Positions 11,221 through 25,246 of a stretch of DNA of 64,000 nt are shown here, piece by piece. The notes beneath the pieces were generated by a model. It ran no database searches, was not told the origin of the DNA, and was given only the letters and a program-made list of their open reading frames with translations. The position numbers and the translations under genes are program-made. The stretch covers positions 53,940,001-54,004,000 of the forward strand of contig NC_043008.1 in assembly GCF_006345805.1 (NCBI RefSeq), given 5' to 3'. How positions within the stretch are numbered: position 1 is the stretch's first letter; every line of letters starts with the position of its first letter. The DNA comes from Octopus sinensis. Taxonomy: Eukaryota.

Positions 11221-12449
11221 TTTCCACAGTTATTCATGTTCTGGGTTCAAAGAACAATACAAATACTTTTGTTTAGCTGTGCCTTTTACGTGAATAACTC
11301 CGTATTATTGATTATAATCATATTTCGGAAGTAGATTTCATACTGTAAATATCGACCTCTGAAACGTGGTGTCTATCAGATCGAAACAGCTTGATCTCAT
11401 AATCCCTATCTTGTTATATTGGCACGGTATATAATGTATTTGCGGAAGCATTAATCATCAAAGTATCAGTTGATCTTCAGTGAGACAATTACAGCGAGGG
11501 TTCCATTGTTGTGTCTCACCATTTGTATCCTATCGGCGTGGTTTATTACTATGTAACTAAAGGTCAGCGTGCAGCTCTAATTCCGTAACTGTGTAGTATC
11601 AATATGTTGAAATTATTCTAGACATGTGTCTATAGAAGACTATGTTAGGCTTCGGTCAACATATATCTGAATGCGGCAACTTCTAATTTGCCATTGTTAA
11701 CTGGTGCTTGCTTGTTTTATTACTGTATGAATCATTATTTGAAGACGGGTGAGATGAATGGCATGGAGTGTTGGGGATATTTTATAGCGCTTCGTGTATT
11801 TGATGACAACTTAACTATTAAGCTAATTATCCATTAGGATAATTTACTAAATCTATATGTGGGCGGAGGATTAATCAGCAATGATATCACATCTATTTGT
11901 TTATTTCTAGAATAGCAGTTTCATTTGAAATGACATTTAATTCCCAAAGCGCTAAGCATTTCTCTTAAAATATATAAATGCGTCAAACTAAATAGGGAAT
12001 CCTCATTGTGGTTACCCAAAATGCTAACAATAGTAACCAAATCATCAGATCCCACAATATTATATATTGTAAACGTAATCTTGCATACATACACAACACA
12101 GAATAGTGAAGGTTTGAAAGTCCTATATTAGATTAGAGCTAACTCAACCATGGTAACAACGGTGTTCATTTCTTCTTGATCATATACAGATTAGAATTCC
12201 ATAAATTTAAATAAAATATTACCATCCTTACAAGCGTATTGATGATGTAAAGGATGTAACTCAATCATCTTTCATTCCTAGATACTCAATTATGATTGTA
12301 TTACACCCTGCCAGTGCTTTAATCTTTATTGGTCAGGAAAAAACCCAAAAGATGTCACTATACAGTCACTCTACCTTCTAGAAATCGCCGCCAAAAGTTT
12401 TCATTTAATACTGCCGTCGCAAGAAAAGACACATTGCATAATGAACTCC

Positions 12450-12830
12450 AAACTTTGCGGTGTCTGGAGAAAATGTCGGTTTGGTTACAGGTAGAGCATT
12501 ATGTTTCATCATCGGTGTGCTTGGTCGGAACTGACCTTTCCCTAAATAATATCAACAAATTTACTTGAATAGTTACAAGGATCATAGCTAGAAGAAAAAC
12601 ATGCGGATAGAGTCACTTATAGAGGATCATTTTTGTGAGGACGTACCTAGCGTAGTGGTCAGGACGTATCATGAGGTCAGATGGGGTGGACATAAAGCAG
12701 GTAAGAAGAAAACTAAAAACGAGTGAGTGGACACCTGTGAGAGGAGACAAATTATTTCAAGGAAGAGAAGCTACTGTAGTAGAGGTAGAAAAGACAGAGA
12801 TGGAGGAGAAAGTACTCTACTGTTTGTGAT
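12450..12830 (+). mobile_element. Possible decayed RTE-type LINE 3' end
   Basis: Fragmentary IIARRK..SHL.R and KAGKKKTKNE*VD..DR.W motifs resemble the RTE ORF C-terminus. Confidence 0.35.
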
Positions 12831-13029
12831 ACAGCTTTGGCTATGGAAAGAATGAGCATCGCCAACATCTATAGATGTCTATTGTCGATATTTCTATTGG
12901 CTCAAATATCACCTTCCATTCACTTACTCCCTCTATATGTGTGCATGTGCATGTGCGTGTGTGTGTGTTCATACACACACATATATACATACATACGTAC
13001 GTACATACATACATACATACATACATACA

Positions 13030-13060
<31 letters not shown>

Positions 13061-13877
13061 CATATTAATGTTTTTTATGTTGGGTTATGATAGAAACAGT
13101 TTAACATTAGGATGAAGAATTACTCAATATTTTTTTGTTAAATACATATATATACTTTTACAAGAAGAGTAGTGACAGTAATTGCGTTGTTCGGATTTGG
13201 CGCAATTTGTCAGACAAGTGCGACTGGGGAATACAAGTAATACTTCACAGCTGTTTCTAGTATTTGGTGCTCATTCGTCGTTGGATTTTAGGTTTGAGCA
13301 CTTGTCTCTTATACAGTTTTTGATGTATTCTTAGCAAATATATATAGATATCAAACACAATTGAAAAGAGTGGCCAGTAGCCTAAACCAGAACTGCAAAA
13401 TTGGATTTAAAAAATACTACATGGTTAAACACTTCATTTTTTAAAATTAACTTCCATGGAAGCTAAACAACTGATGGCAATAACAATCAATTCTGAATAA
13501 AAAAGGGAGATAATTTGTAGACTGAAGAAATTTCTTGTATTGACATGCAATTAACGAGAAAAGTTTCTTCATTTCGAGACGAGATGTGTATAGGTGTTTC
13601 TGCCCAATAAACGTTATTAGGACAGCAGCTGTCTGCTATGACTCCAGCAGGTATAAGGCAAAAGGAGTAGAGGACATTTATTGTTGACAATAAATAAACA
13701 GAATGAAATATGAGCGGTGAAATCAGAATGACCTGTTGCATGAATTTGGTTAACAATGGCAAATAAAGATATTGAATACCATATCAGATATATTGTTGAC
13801 TTACTTAAGTCAATATCGTTATAACAGAGAGCAAAAGAGAAAAATGTAGGTATAAGTATGTATGTATATTATATGTA

Positions 13878-13916
<39 letters not shown>

Positions 13917-14094
13917 TATATATAAAATACATCAAGTACAGGACATCACCAACGAGTGAAAACTAAGTAAACACTCGAGAGATAAGTACAGGACAAAATA
14001 CAAAAACTAAACACAATAGGAACCGGAAAACACCTACGAGTGAAAAGTACGTAAACACACTATGAGAGACAAGTTCAGGACAAAATACCAAAAG

Positions 14095-14700
14095 AAGTCT
14101 AACCCATCTCAGTTGTCGACTGTTAATTACTGCCTATTTCGGGCTTTCAGCGACAAGACAGGAAACCTTCATAAAACAGCAGCATCCAGAAATTTTTTAA
14201 ATATAAATCTTGTGGAGAGTTAGACCTTCGAACGAAAAAACAACGACAGAGTGGACGTACAGAGTAAACAACCGTTAGGTCAAGACGCATTGTAATGGGA
14301 GAAATTTTGAAAGGATATAGAATAAATAGAAGAGAAGAAAATAGAAGAAGGAAAAATAAGAGAAAAATGTCGGGAGACGAGAAAAATGACGTCCAGCAAA
14401 GTGGACGTCGCCTCCAGAAAAGACGGAGGTGAGAGAAATGGCCTGTAGTCACGTGGGAAGAGACAGGCAGATGAGAAGGGGAACAAGAGAGAGGATGAGG
14501 GAAAGAAACAAAGGAAGTGGGGTGAAGGGAGGAGGAACGAAAGATAGTAGGGAGTGGAAGAAAGATAGACGGGGGACAGCAAAGAAGGAGGGGCAGAAAC
14601 GGAAAATAAAGAGGATTATAGAGGGATACAGAGAAAGAGAGAACGGGAACAGAGAGTAGAGTCGCAGAAATTATAAATAAACTAAACCTTACAGTGGACA
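14095..14700 (-). mobile_element. Probable Penelope-like element terminal or leader relic
   Basis: Purine-skewed block next to (TA)n, with wording like the PLE-associated repeats at 24.3-25.8 kb; no catalytic motif seen. Confidence 0.35.
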
Positions 14701-15791
14701 ATGCTGTGGCACACATATAACAATATGCACATATAATATATATATATAGATACATATACATATATAATATATATATATAATATATATTATATATATATAT
14801 TATATATATAATACATACATATATATATATATATATATTATATTATATATACTATATATATATACATACTATATATATATATACATGCATATATATGTAA
14901 ATATACACACATGTGTGTGTGTTTATATGTTTATGTGTGTGTTTGTGTGTGTGTGTGTGTGTGTTGTGTGTGTGTGTGTGAGTGTCTGTGTGTGTGTGTG
15001 AGTGTCTGTGTGTGTGTGAGTGTAGCGGTCAGAATATTCAAAAGCTGGCGATGATATCAACAGCAATCTCAATCTCATTGGCTCTGTCTACTGTACAGTG
15101 GAAGCAGTAATTTCGAATAAATTTATTGCGCTCGAGCAAAATGTACATAGACGTAAATGAATGGTGACTTCCATGATTAAATCTGATTGATAAGTTTTCT
15201 TCTGGGTAAGAAATCCTATTTAATTTAAACTGACGCCACATACATTAGCAGTTAGCATGTGAAGAACCATATCTATGGAATGTCAGTAATTGCTCTGCTA
15301 AATTTCTTCGAAAACAGAGATTGAATCATGTGATTATAAACATTATTTGCCACTCGTTGCCTTCAGGAAGAAAATCCATTACTAGATTTTGTAGGTGAGT
15401 GTTTACGTGGCTTTTTAAATCAATGATGTGGTACTGCAACTCAATGCGAAACCGCAAGGTAGTTATGAAAATAGAAATAAAATGAACATCCCAATTAGAG
15501 GAGATGGTATATATTTTCCGCATGATACAAGATTTCTTCGAAACTAATCATTTCCATTTCTGTCTCCCGCTTGCTTTTTCTTTTTGGTGTTCTGTTGTTG
15601 TGTAGCACCAAGCTAAAACCATGATCGAGTCGACTTCTATTGAAAGAAACTCACACCCTCATCGTCCTTGTTTCTCCATCATCGAATGCTTCATATATGT
15701 AAGACTAAATTGTTTAACATATAGTTTTCCTAATTTTAAGACAGTAAACTTGACAGACAGACAGGCACACACAGATATATCTATATATATA

Positions 15792-15842
<51 letters not shown>

Positions 15843-16199
15843 ATATATATATAATATATATATACTATATGCATATATAAGAAAGAGAGATGGAAAAACA
15901 ATAAGTGATTATCTTTATTTGCTTTATTTGCTATGAACTTTATTTGCTATAAGATGCAGTGAAGTCATAGCTGAGTGCCTGAGTAATTCATTCGGGAAAA
16001 GAATTATATTTGTGCCTATGAAGCTATAAGATTTTACTCAGGCACTCCACTATGAGTTCATTGCATTTTATAGCAGAAAGATTTCCCTCAGAAGTTTTTC
16101 GTCGATCCGGGGCTACAGTAGAAGGCACTTGCCTATTTTGGAGGTAGAGAGAAAGATTGACCTAATACTTTCAATATAATTAATTTCGACAAACATGAG

Positions 16200-16510
16200 T
16201 TCATGTAGGAACTGACTATGCCCTACATAAACCTCCTCACAGTAGGTTCATGTGAGGAAGTTTGCCAAATAGCGGGAGCTGGTAGAGCAGTGTAGAAATC
16301 AGGACTGGCAAGCATGTTGCGAGAACAGGGTTTTCGGGATTTCGGGACTTCGGGATTTCTCCAAAGATTTTATGGGGCTTGGAGTTTCTGGTGCAACAAA
16401 AAAGGAGGGCAATAAATTTCATTACTGAAGCTAGAGAGAATACCATTAGGTGACTTTGGATAAATAGGACAGACCGGTGGATTGCTGCAATTAGGATGCA
16501 AACAACAAAA
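16200..16510 (+). pseudogene. Decayed C-terminus of an RLE-type LINE (Hero/NeSL-like)
   Basis: M*ELTMP.. then RKFAK*RELVEQCRNQDWQACCE..GVSGATKKRAINFITEARENTIR*LWINRTDRW, close to the recalled Hero C-terminal consensus. Confidence 0.65.
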
Positions 16511-16679
16511 GCAGAATGAAAATAACGAGATCAAAATATGAAAAGAATGGAATATTATGTGAAATTTCTTCATAACACATCCTAAAGATGGAAAATCACG
16601 AACATGACAATAATCTAAAGGTGGAAATAAAGAACGAAAATCAATAGATCTCCTTCCACGTGGACCAACGAAAGCAAAC

Positions 16680-17100
16680 CCATAAAGTTGCTCATCGCAG
16701 ATGTAATGAAAACTGACACAAAGATCGATATCATGAGATTAAGCGAAATGATATATATGCAGCAGCCAGAGCAGATATAAGTGGATATTCTGTTGTATTC
16801 ATATAGGAATATCAAAACCCAAGTAAACAACATGGGACACATACGTATAAAAAAACGATAGATATCTCAATAAACGAAAAGATATCTCAATACCCAATGA
16901 AATCCGTAACGATAATACTCAAATGGAAAAATAAAGAAAAGAAAAGGCTAATAATACAAAACTATTCATAATGTAGGAAAAAATGTGCTCGAAATCAAAG
17001 AATGATTGAATCAAGAGATTTTCGATAAATCTCAAAGATTTCTTCATTTTAAAAAGCTTCAATGATACTTTGAACAATGCTATTAGTTCGTCTCTGACCC
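16680..17100 (+). pseudogene. Possible decayed APE endonuclease of an RTE/CR1-type LINE
   Basis: KIDIMRLSEM..DISGYSVVF..HG..RLIIQNY fragments. Confidence 0.3.
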
Positions 17101-17179
17101 AAATCGCCAACCTTAAACAATTGTAGAATAATTCGCCAAGGCAACCTTGAAAAAAAGAAAATTAAGAACATGAATATTG

Positions 17180-17481
17180 CGGGAGGCACATGGCTTTATG
17201 GTTAGGGGTATACGGCTCATGATCGTAAGGTTCTGCGTTATGGCCTTGAGCGAGACACTTTATTTCACATTGCTCCAGCCCACTCAGCCGGCAAAAAGGA
17301 GTAATAGCTGTATTTCAAAGGGCGAGCTTTGTCACACTGTGTCACGCTGAATCTCCCTGGGAACTAGATTAAGGGTACTCCTTTCTGTGGAGTGATCTGC
17401 TACGTTCATGTTAATTTCACGAGTAGGTTGTTCTGTTGATGGAATCAACTTGAGCGCTCGTCGTCGTATCCGACGGAGTGA
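17180..17481 (+). mobile_element. SINE family D-related, diverged
   Basis: tRNA-like head; 3' end CTCGTCGTCGTA.CCGACGGAGTG shared with 24521-24903 and 62949-63330. Confidence 0.75.
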
Positions 17482-17999
17482 CAGTTATAAAAAAAATTAT
17501 AAAAATTTATGCAAAGTATGAAGTAGAGATAAGAGAATTTAAGACAAACGCAAGATCGCAAATACTTAGGGATGAATAAACGAGGGCACTACTACAGTAG
17601 CATTTGCATTTGCTCGACCTCATGCTACTCCTACTCATGCACTCACAATTCACTAGGTTTTCTTCCTCTTGACACCAATATTATGTGCTCTACAAACACC
17701 GAACTAACAACTACATCCATCCTTCCTCCTTAGAACGTCAGTCCTCTGGAACTGACCTCCTGCACGTGTTTTTCTCGCTGCTCTCGACTTTAACATATTC
17801 AAAATGTGACCTAATCGAGGTCCACCTCACTGGTTTCCGGGTGGCAGAGATATGCATGGGTACGGAACATTAAAAAGACAAAATATACAGAAAATAGCAC
17901 TACTTGACACCTGACGTAGAGCAGTTTCAATAAATAGTGAACATAAAACATTATACATATCCAAGGTACATAAAGCTGAACTTGATATTACAGTGAAAC

Positions 18000-18245
18000 C
18001 GTCCGCCTTTACGTTCTGAGTCCACTTTGCCTTTCAGCCTTTCGGGGTTGATGTACCACTTGAATATAGGGGTCGATGTAATCGACTATTCTCTACTCCG
18101 AACTTTCAAACCGTGTGCTTATAGTAGAAACGATATTACAATGAAATCGCCCCCCCCAAAAAAAAAGAAATATATATATGAAACTCTGCTAAATATTTTG
18201 CCCGGCGGGCTAACATTTCCGCCAGCTCATCGCCTTTGTTGAAGC

Positions 18246-18313
<68 letters not shown>

Positions 18314-18510
18314 AGATATAATTTTTAAGAGCATTAATGATAATCTTTGGGTTTCGATAATATAGGAAGCAGACGTGGCTTTGTGGTAAGAAGCTTGGTT
18401 CCGGGTTCAGTCCCACTGCTTGGCACTTTGGCAAAGTGTCATCTACTATAGCCTTGGGCTGACCAAAGCCTTGTGAATGGGATTTGCAGATGGGAGCAGA
18501 AAGAATCCGT
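18000..18510. mobile_element. Cluster of SINE B fragments, (ATA)n and a SINE A head
   Basis: Family motifs at 18000-18140 (+), 18195-18240 (-) and 18365-18510 (+); (ATA)n at 18246-18311. Confidence 0.7.
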
Positions 18511-19244
18511 CGTACGTGTCTGTGTGTGCGTGTATCTATGTGTGTGTGTGTGTGCATGTGTGTGTGCACTCGTGGGGGGGGGCTGTAGGTATGTAAAAAA
18601 GCAGACGAGGAAACCATATGGCTGTCAGTGGTCAGTGTAGTAATGAAATGTTGAAACTAAAACTAATCATACAAATTGTAAGTGTACCATCTTTATATTG
18701 GCTAATGATTTTACGTCAGTTATATCACAGACCTAACTACGAGCGATTTCTCTCCTGTAACAGCATGAATTTCAATCATAACCATATTTGTAGAAAACAT
18801 CACATCCAAAATATTGAAAATACCAACAATCACTCTATCATGAATAATAACGTGAAACAAACAGAATTTTTTTTGTTCGTCGTTTCCTAAAGGCTTTTAA
18901 TGTTGTTGAGAAAATATTTCATTGAGAACTAATGACAAGGAAAATCTCAAAGGACGAAAATTGACATAACAACACTAATGATCAAACAAATTGAGCTATT
19001 CAACCACAATCAATAATGATTTTAGTTATCCAATTAGAGTTCAGCAGGAATAAAATTCTGACTTAGCATAGAAATAAACTAAGAAACAACCCTTGTGGCC
19101 AATAAAAGAAATCATTATTATTCAGTGTTTTAAAGATGATCAAACAATTTGGTGAATGAACTGTCTCCCTCCCTCGATTCAGAGTAGCATGGCCATCTAT
19201 CAAATTAATATGTTATAACAAAAGATATAAATGAATCTTTCTTT

Positions 19245-19790
19245 TGTTTGTTTCAGTCATTTGATTGCGGCCATGCTGGGGCACCGCCTTGAGTTTTTAA
19301 TCGAATGAATCGATCCCATTTTTTTAAAACCCTGATACTTATTCTATCGGTGCCTTTTTGCCGAACCGCTGTGTTACGGGGATATAAGCACACCAACACT
19401 GGTTATGAAGCAATGGCGGGGGACAAACACAAACACAAAGACACATACACACAAACACACACATGCATACATACATATACATATATATATATATATCTGA
19501 CGAAGAGCTCCGCTCGAAACGTTAAATCCTCCTTCTTTCCTTCCTTTCCCGGGCGTCCAATAACATTATACTTGTTCCACGTCCTCGCGTTGTTGTGTTT
19601 TCTCATTGTGTATATATATATATATACGACAGGCTTCTTTCGGTTTCCATCTACAAATCCAATCACAAGGCTTTAGTCGGCTCGAGACTATAGTAGAAGA
19701 CACTTGCTCAAGTTGCCATGTAGTGGGACTGAACCTGGAACCATGTAGTCGGGAAGCAAGCTTCTTACCACACAGCCACGCCTGCTCCAA
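19245..19790 (-). mobile_element. SINE family A carrying a PLE terminal fragment in its internal (TA)n
   Basis: SINE halves flank the insert at 19497-19610. Confidence 0.85.
19497..19523 (+). ncRNA. Minimal hammerhead ribozyme motif (PLE type)
   Basis: CTGACGA-A-GAGC-TCC-GCTC-GAAAC-GTT with palindromic AACGTT as stem III; stem I weak. Confidence 0.6.
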
Positions 19791-22352
19791 GAGAAAAAAA
19801 ATTCAGTAAATATAATTATTGTTCGTGTTATTTCTGTATAAGTTCTGATCAGCCATGATTAAAGAGACTTATGAAGAAAGGAGTTCCATCCATAACCATC
19901 CTGTGTTTTCGTTTCAGATATAGAATTTGTAAGGCGTTAAAGTACGATTTAAAGGAAATTTGGCTGCTATTTCTGTAAGGCTAAGCAACCAAGTATAAGC
20001 TTCATCGTTGGTTCGTAAGAAATATAGTAAAAAGGCTAACTGGGCCCCTGTAATGAGATATAATAATAGGGCATACATTTGTATACAGAAACAAGGCCTG
20101 GAGTTTAGATGAGGGAGTTAGTTGATTAGATTGACTCCAGTGCTTGACAAGGACCTCATTTACATTGTTGATCACGACAGAATTTGAACTACGAACGTAA
20201 AGATCAGGTAGAAATTCTTCAATGTGCCAAAAATCGATGTGTAGTCTGCGACTATAGTTTCTTGATTCGATTAAAAAGAAAAGAAGAATAGTCATGAATT
20301 GTTTTAGACTATTCTGTCAGCTCAGTGTGATATTAACAGTGTCTTCGATGTAAAGAGAGAATAAGATATTAAAAATGCTTATAAATGGAGAAATGATTTG
20401 AACATATCTTCCGAGAATACTACACCTAAGCAATGATACGATAGGTATTTGCTCAGCAAAAGCAGGAAGTAATTGGAGTAATAACTAAAATGTACAAATA
20501 AGTAACAGGTGCTTTTCAAAATAGATTACAGAGGAAGCAATAAACTCCTCGAAAATAATATCGGTTGGACTATTAAATATCCGGTTATGAGTCGCTAAAG
20601 AGAAAATTTCAAATTTAATCTCTACCGATATCAGGAATTATTGAGCTTACCAGGTGAATGATCTCTTACAACAGCATGTGGTGGTAGTAATTATGGTCGA
20701 GACAAAAATTATAAAACTATTCTATTAGAAATGAAACATTAACAATTCAGTAAATGTATTTGTCCTCAGATTGACAATGTTTAGAATATTTTCTCCTCCA
20801 GTTAGAATCAATTTGTAACGTGTTTGCAGCAATTTAGTTTCCCATGAGAATAAGAGGATGGAAAATGTTCGCAGGTATTTATATAACACGATAACAGAGT
20901 TGGATAGAATCTTTTGTTCTCTCAATATAATTGTAATTGTCTCTAACTGTCTTCTAAATATTATACCAACATACTATGCCTAGAGAAGCCACAATCACCT
21001 CATTTTACTGAAAATATTTTTTACATCAATAATTCTGTATCTTCTCAAAAAGAATCGATAATTCCCAAGGTTCTTTAAAATACAGTGGCCTATAGAATGA
21101 GAGTAAACAAGAGATGGTGTTTGTACAATAGAACAAATAAATAACTATGAATAAGAAATAGTTGTCTGAGAACGGAGATTGATACCAATACCGTCTGCTT
21201 CAGGACAATACTGATTTCTGAGAAAGGCTGTAGCTGATAAATTTGAAATTTTTCTTCCTGGGAATATGCATTGAGGTTTATTCTATAAAAACAAGGACGG
21301 ACATGGGAAGCGGAAAAAAGCCTGCCGTCCCAACCTTTAACAAAGAAAATATTCTATGAAATGTAGGGTAAATTATAACTATTGTCCTTAGGTACTGAGC
21401 AAAGAAAATCCAATGAAATGATGGAAATCGATTTTTAAAATCTAATTAATACCAAGGTAAAATTAGGTACTAAATGGATGAGACAATGTGCAAATATAAA
21501 AAATTCGAGCAATAAAGAGCAATTTCATTGATTTCACATTGAATTCTAACTAGGTTGATCAACTACTGTCCATTCAGAGGCCGTTCTGAAATTTAAAATT
21601 TCCTAATTCTATAACACGAATCCTCTTGCATATAATTGCGTGAAGCAAGGATATATAAACTCATAATAATGTTCTTATATTTTTATCACTGAAAAACTGT
21701 CTCAATTGAGACATTAATTTTAAAGGCATTGATAAGGAATTTTTAATTTCCCTTTTCGATAATATCAATTTAGATTTTGAAAAAAAGAATTGCCATGTTT
21801 AATAAAACACTTTATCGTTCATATAAATTCTACGATAACTGCTAATTATAAGATAACAAAATTAAGAAAATATAAAATTTTTTATCAGAACGTAATGAAA
21901 TTTATATCAATTGATTTTTTTAAATCGCAAAATCGCATAAAATTTAATTTACTTTTGTAGATATCTCTAACAAAAACGAATATTTTTGCAGAACTTGCGT
22001 GATATATCCAATTAATTTATTTCGTTATTACATAAAAATCAATTATCAGATTTACATAATTAAAAGTGTGAGAAGAGAAAAAGAGAAAACTAAAGTAAAG
22101 CTATCAACTAATACAAAGTCATTGACGTTTCGGTAATAACCACAATTTTCTCTATATTTTCTTTGCATTATGCCTTTACAATGTGATATCTTTAAATTAA
22201 CATAATTATAATGCACGATAGCATTGTTATGTTGGTACTTAGAAATATTATTCACTTTTAATGCAAGTAAATATTGAGGCAAATTGGTTATGCGAGTGCT
22301 AGCTTATAATTTAATCCAAAATAGATAACATATTTTATGTAATAGTATAATA

Positions 22353-23150
22353 CAGAGTTTTTCCCATGAAAAAAGTATACACACTGGTAACTTATTTAGT
22401 AATTATTTTTGTTTTAGATTTGACCCAGAAGAATTAATGAAGGAAGCCAAACTAAGCTTTGAACAAAACAAATTATCCTAAAGTGTTACTGGAAATTCGA
22501 ACAAACAGAAGTTTCAAGCAGGTCCGTCTGCGTGACTTGCGACCACTCGAATTAGAGATAAGTTTGAAGCAGGTGGAATTGTTTGGTATGTCCACAAGAA
22601 AAGTTCCGGAACACCAAAGACATCGACGAGATTCACAATCTAAGGAATAGTACTAGAAAGGAACTAGGAACTGTCATTTTTCAAGAATCTCTGTACGACA
22701 AGCGAGTCAGAATTTTCAAAATCAAATATCCATTGCATTTTGAACCGCTATCATTATAAAAAGTTATATTCTAAGTGTAGTCCATGCTCTAAATAAGGAC
22801 GGTGCGTACCTAAGAAGTTTGGCGAGTATTACTTCGCAAGATGTGTAGAAAATGCATATTTTCCGACAAAAATTGCCTGATGCGATTAGGCTAAATTTTA
22901 TTTGGATGTCTCACTTAGCCGCCACAATTCTACCTAATCTGCATATTACGGAGGAATATCGGGTTAATTTACCAGGAGTTACAGTGTGGTGCAACTCATC
23001 GTAAAAAATATTAACTGTCCTATTGACTTGAACGAGCTGCAGCAACCTGTCACGCCAAATATTGAAGAGAACTCTGAAGATGTGGAGTTTATTTCTGGGA
23101 AGATGGGGTATCTCCACACTACAAAAGCACTGTAAGAGTCTACCTTGAAG
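22353..23150 (+). mobile_element. Decayed rosa/DD41D-like Tc1/mariner transposon (5' TIR plus transposase)
   Basis: TA|CAGAGT..AAAAAAGTATACAC TIR-like end; from ATG 22437 with frameshifts: MKEAKLSFEQ..IILKCYWKFE..RIRDKFEAGG..SGTPKTST..VNLPGVTVWC..FWEDGVSPHYKSTVRVYL. Confidence 0.8.
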
Positions 23151-23607
23151 CGGGGATGAACACCGCTGTACTCTTTCACCACAACTTTCTCTCACTCTTT
23201 CTTCTTATTTCTGCCACAAAGCAGACAAACTATGGTGTAACCCACTATGGTGTGGTAAACTCGTTCAGACCCTAGTCTAGATGGCGAATCCTCTGTACCC
23301 CGGGATGGTTCAGCTCTCCACCCATTAAAAGCCACCGTTTACGGAATGAGGATAACAACGTAGCTTTCGCGCTCGTGCAACCGCCAGTCTATCGCGTGTG
23401 GTCGCCACACGCATTCTTAGTAGCTTGGCTCGAAATAGAGATTATTCTTTGTGGCTAATGGAAGAAGAAGAAGAAGAAGAAGAAGAAGAAGAAGAAGAAG
23501 AAGAAGAAGAAGAAGAAGAAGAAGAAGAAGAAGAAGAAGAAGAAGAAGAAGAGAAGAAGAAGAAGAAGAAGAAGAAGAAGAAGAAGAAGAAGAAGAAGAA
23601 GAAGAAA
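23150..23607 (+). mobile_element. SINE/LINE 3' end with (GAA)n tail
   Basis: Shares CTGTACTCTTTCACCACAACTTTCTCTCACTCT with SINE D; ends in (GAA)n at 23459-23607. Confidence 0.55.
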
Positions 23608-23824
23608 GAGCAGCTATTGAACGAGAATGCGGACAGATACTGAACGAAATGTTTTTTTGCTGTTCATTGTTCGCAGTTCCTCGAAGAAGAATGATCATCA
23701 GTCTTAAAACATGCGTTCATAAAAAATTTAAATTCTGTCTGTAGATTCTATTAAATATTGAAACTCTAATGTGTTTAAGTAAACACTGACTATTTAATTA
23801 TTCAATGCGTGGAAAACCTATATT

Positions 23825-23982
23825 GGGAAAACCTATATGTATATATCTATATATATGTGTGTGTGTGTGTGTGTGGTGTATGTGTGTGTGTGTGTGTGTT
23901 TGTGTGTGTTTGTGTGTGTATATATTATATATATATGTATGTATTTATATATATTATATATATATATATTATATATATATAT

Positions 23983-24017
<35 letters not shown>

Positions 24018-24202
24018 ATGTATGTATGCATATGTATATAATGTACATATATATATATATATATATATATGTATATGTATGTATATATACACACATACAT
24101 ACATACATACATACATACATACAGACAGACATACATACATACATACATACAACAGACAGACATACATACATACATACATACATACACATACATACATATA
24201 TA

Positions 24203-24250
<48 letters not shown>
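23825..24250. repeat. Compound (TG)/(TA)/(TACA) microsatellite
   Basis: Directly visible. Confidence 0.95.
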
Positions 24251-24251
<1 letters not shown>

Positions 24252-24269
24252 TCAATCCAAACATGAACA

Positions 24270-25207
24270 AGCAAGAAGAAACAACAACGCGAGGACGTGG
24301 AATAAGTACAGTGTTATTGGCCGTTCAAGAAAGGAAAGAAAAGAAAGGAAAAATGCATTAAATACTACAAAACGTACTTAGGACAGACACATAAGGACGT
24401 AATTCTTCATCAGTTATCGACCGAAAAAATACTAATACCCAGTTTCGTGTCTTTCATGATAAGACTGAGAACTTCGTAAATCGGCGGCCCCCACAAGATT
24501 TGCGTAGAATTAGGGCTCGATGGAAGCACTCCGTCGGTTACGACGACGAGGGTTCCGGTTGATCCGAATCAACGGAACAGCCTGCTCGTGAAATTAACGT
24601 GTAAGTTGCTGAGCACTCCACAGACACGTGTACGCTTAACGTAGTTCTCGGTGATATTCAGCGTGACACAGAGAGTGACAAGGCCGGCCCTTTGAAATAC
24701 AGGTACAACAGAAACAGGAAGTAAGAGTGAGAGAAAGTTGTGGTGAAAGAGTACAGCAGGGATCACCACCATCCCCTGCCGGAGCCTCGTGGAGCTTTAG
24801 GTGTTTTCGCTCAATAAACACTCACAACGCCGGTCTGGGAATCGAAATCGTGATCCTATGACCGCGGGTCCGCTGCCCTAACCACTGGGCCATTGCGCCT
24901 CCTATTAGGGCTCGAACATAGTAGACAATATTGTGTGGACGTACGGAAGTAAACAAATGTAATTTGAAACGATAGACGAAGATAATAAATAAAGCTTTTT
25001 GGTCAAAAAACGAGAATGATGGGTAACGCCTGGAAGAAAACCTCAAGTGGATATAAAAATAGAGAATCACTTAGATAGGAGAAAAATTTGACTGGCATGT
25101 TAGTTGTCCGGTGGCGAAAAGGCAGAGATGGGAAAATTAGTCAGGGGTTACGTGCGGGCAGTTGGTGGAAGGGAAGGAGAATGAGAGAGAGAGGGAGAGA
25201 GTGCGGC

Positions 25208-25246
<39 letters not shown>

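Noticed and set aside
20830-22481. Apparent two-exon gene end (20830-20874 plus 22418-22481, ..RRFDPEELMKEAKLSFEQNKLS*)
   Set aside because: The second piece is the start of the rosa/DD41D-like transposase (MKEAKLSFEQ..ILKCYWKFE) downstream of its TIR, so the 45-nt piece has no independent support.
24569-24772. 67-aa ORF MVVIPAVLFHHNF.. repeated at 54391-54594 and 62995-63198
   Set aside because: It lies inside near-identical SINE D copies; its openness is explained by youth of the copies, with no protein motif.
24830-24903. tRNA-like sequences here and in other SINE heads
   Set aside because: They continue into SINE bodies with tails and TSDs, so they are not tRNA genes.
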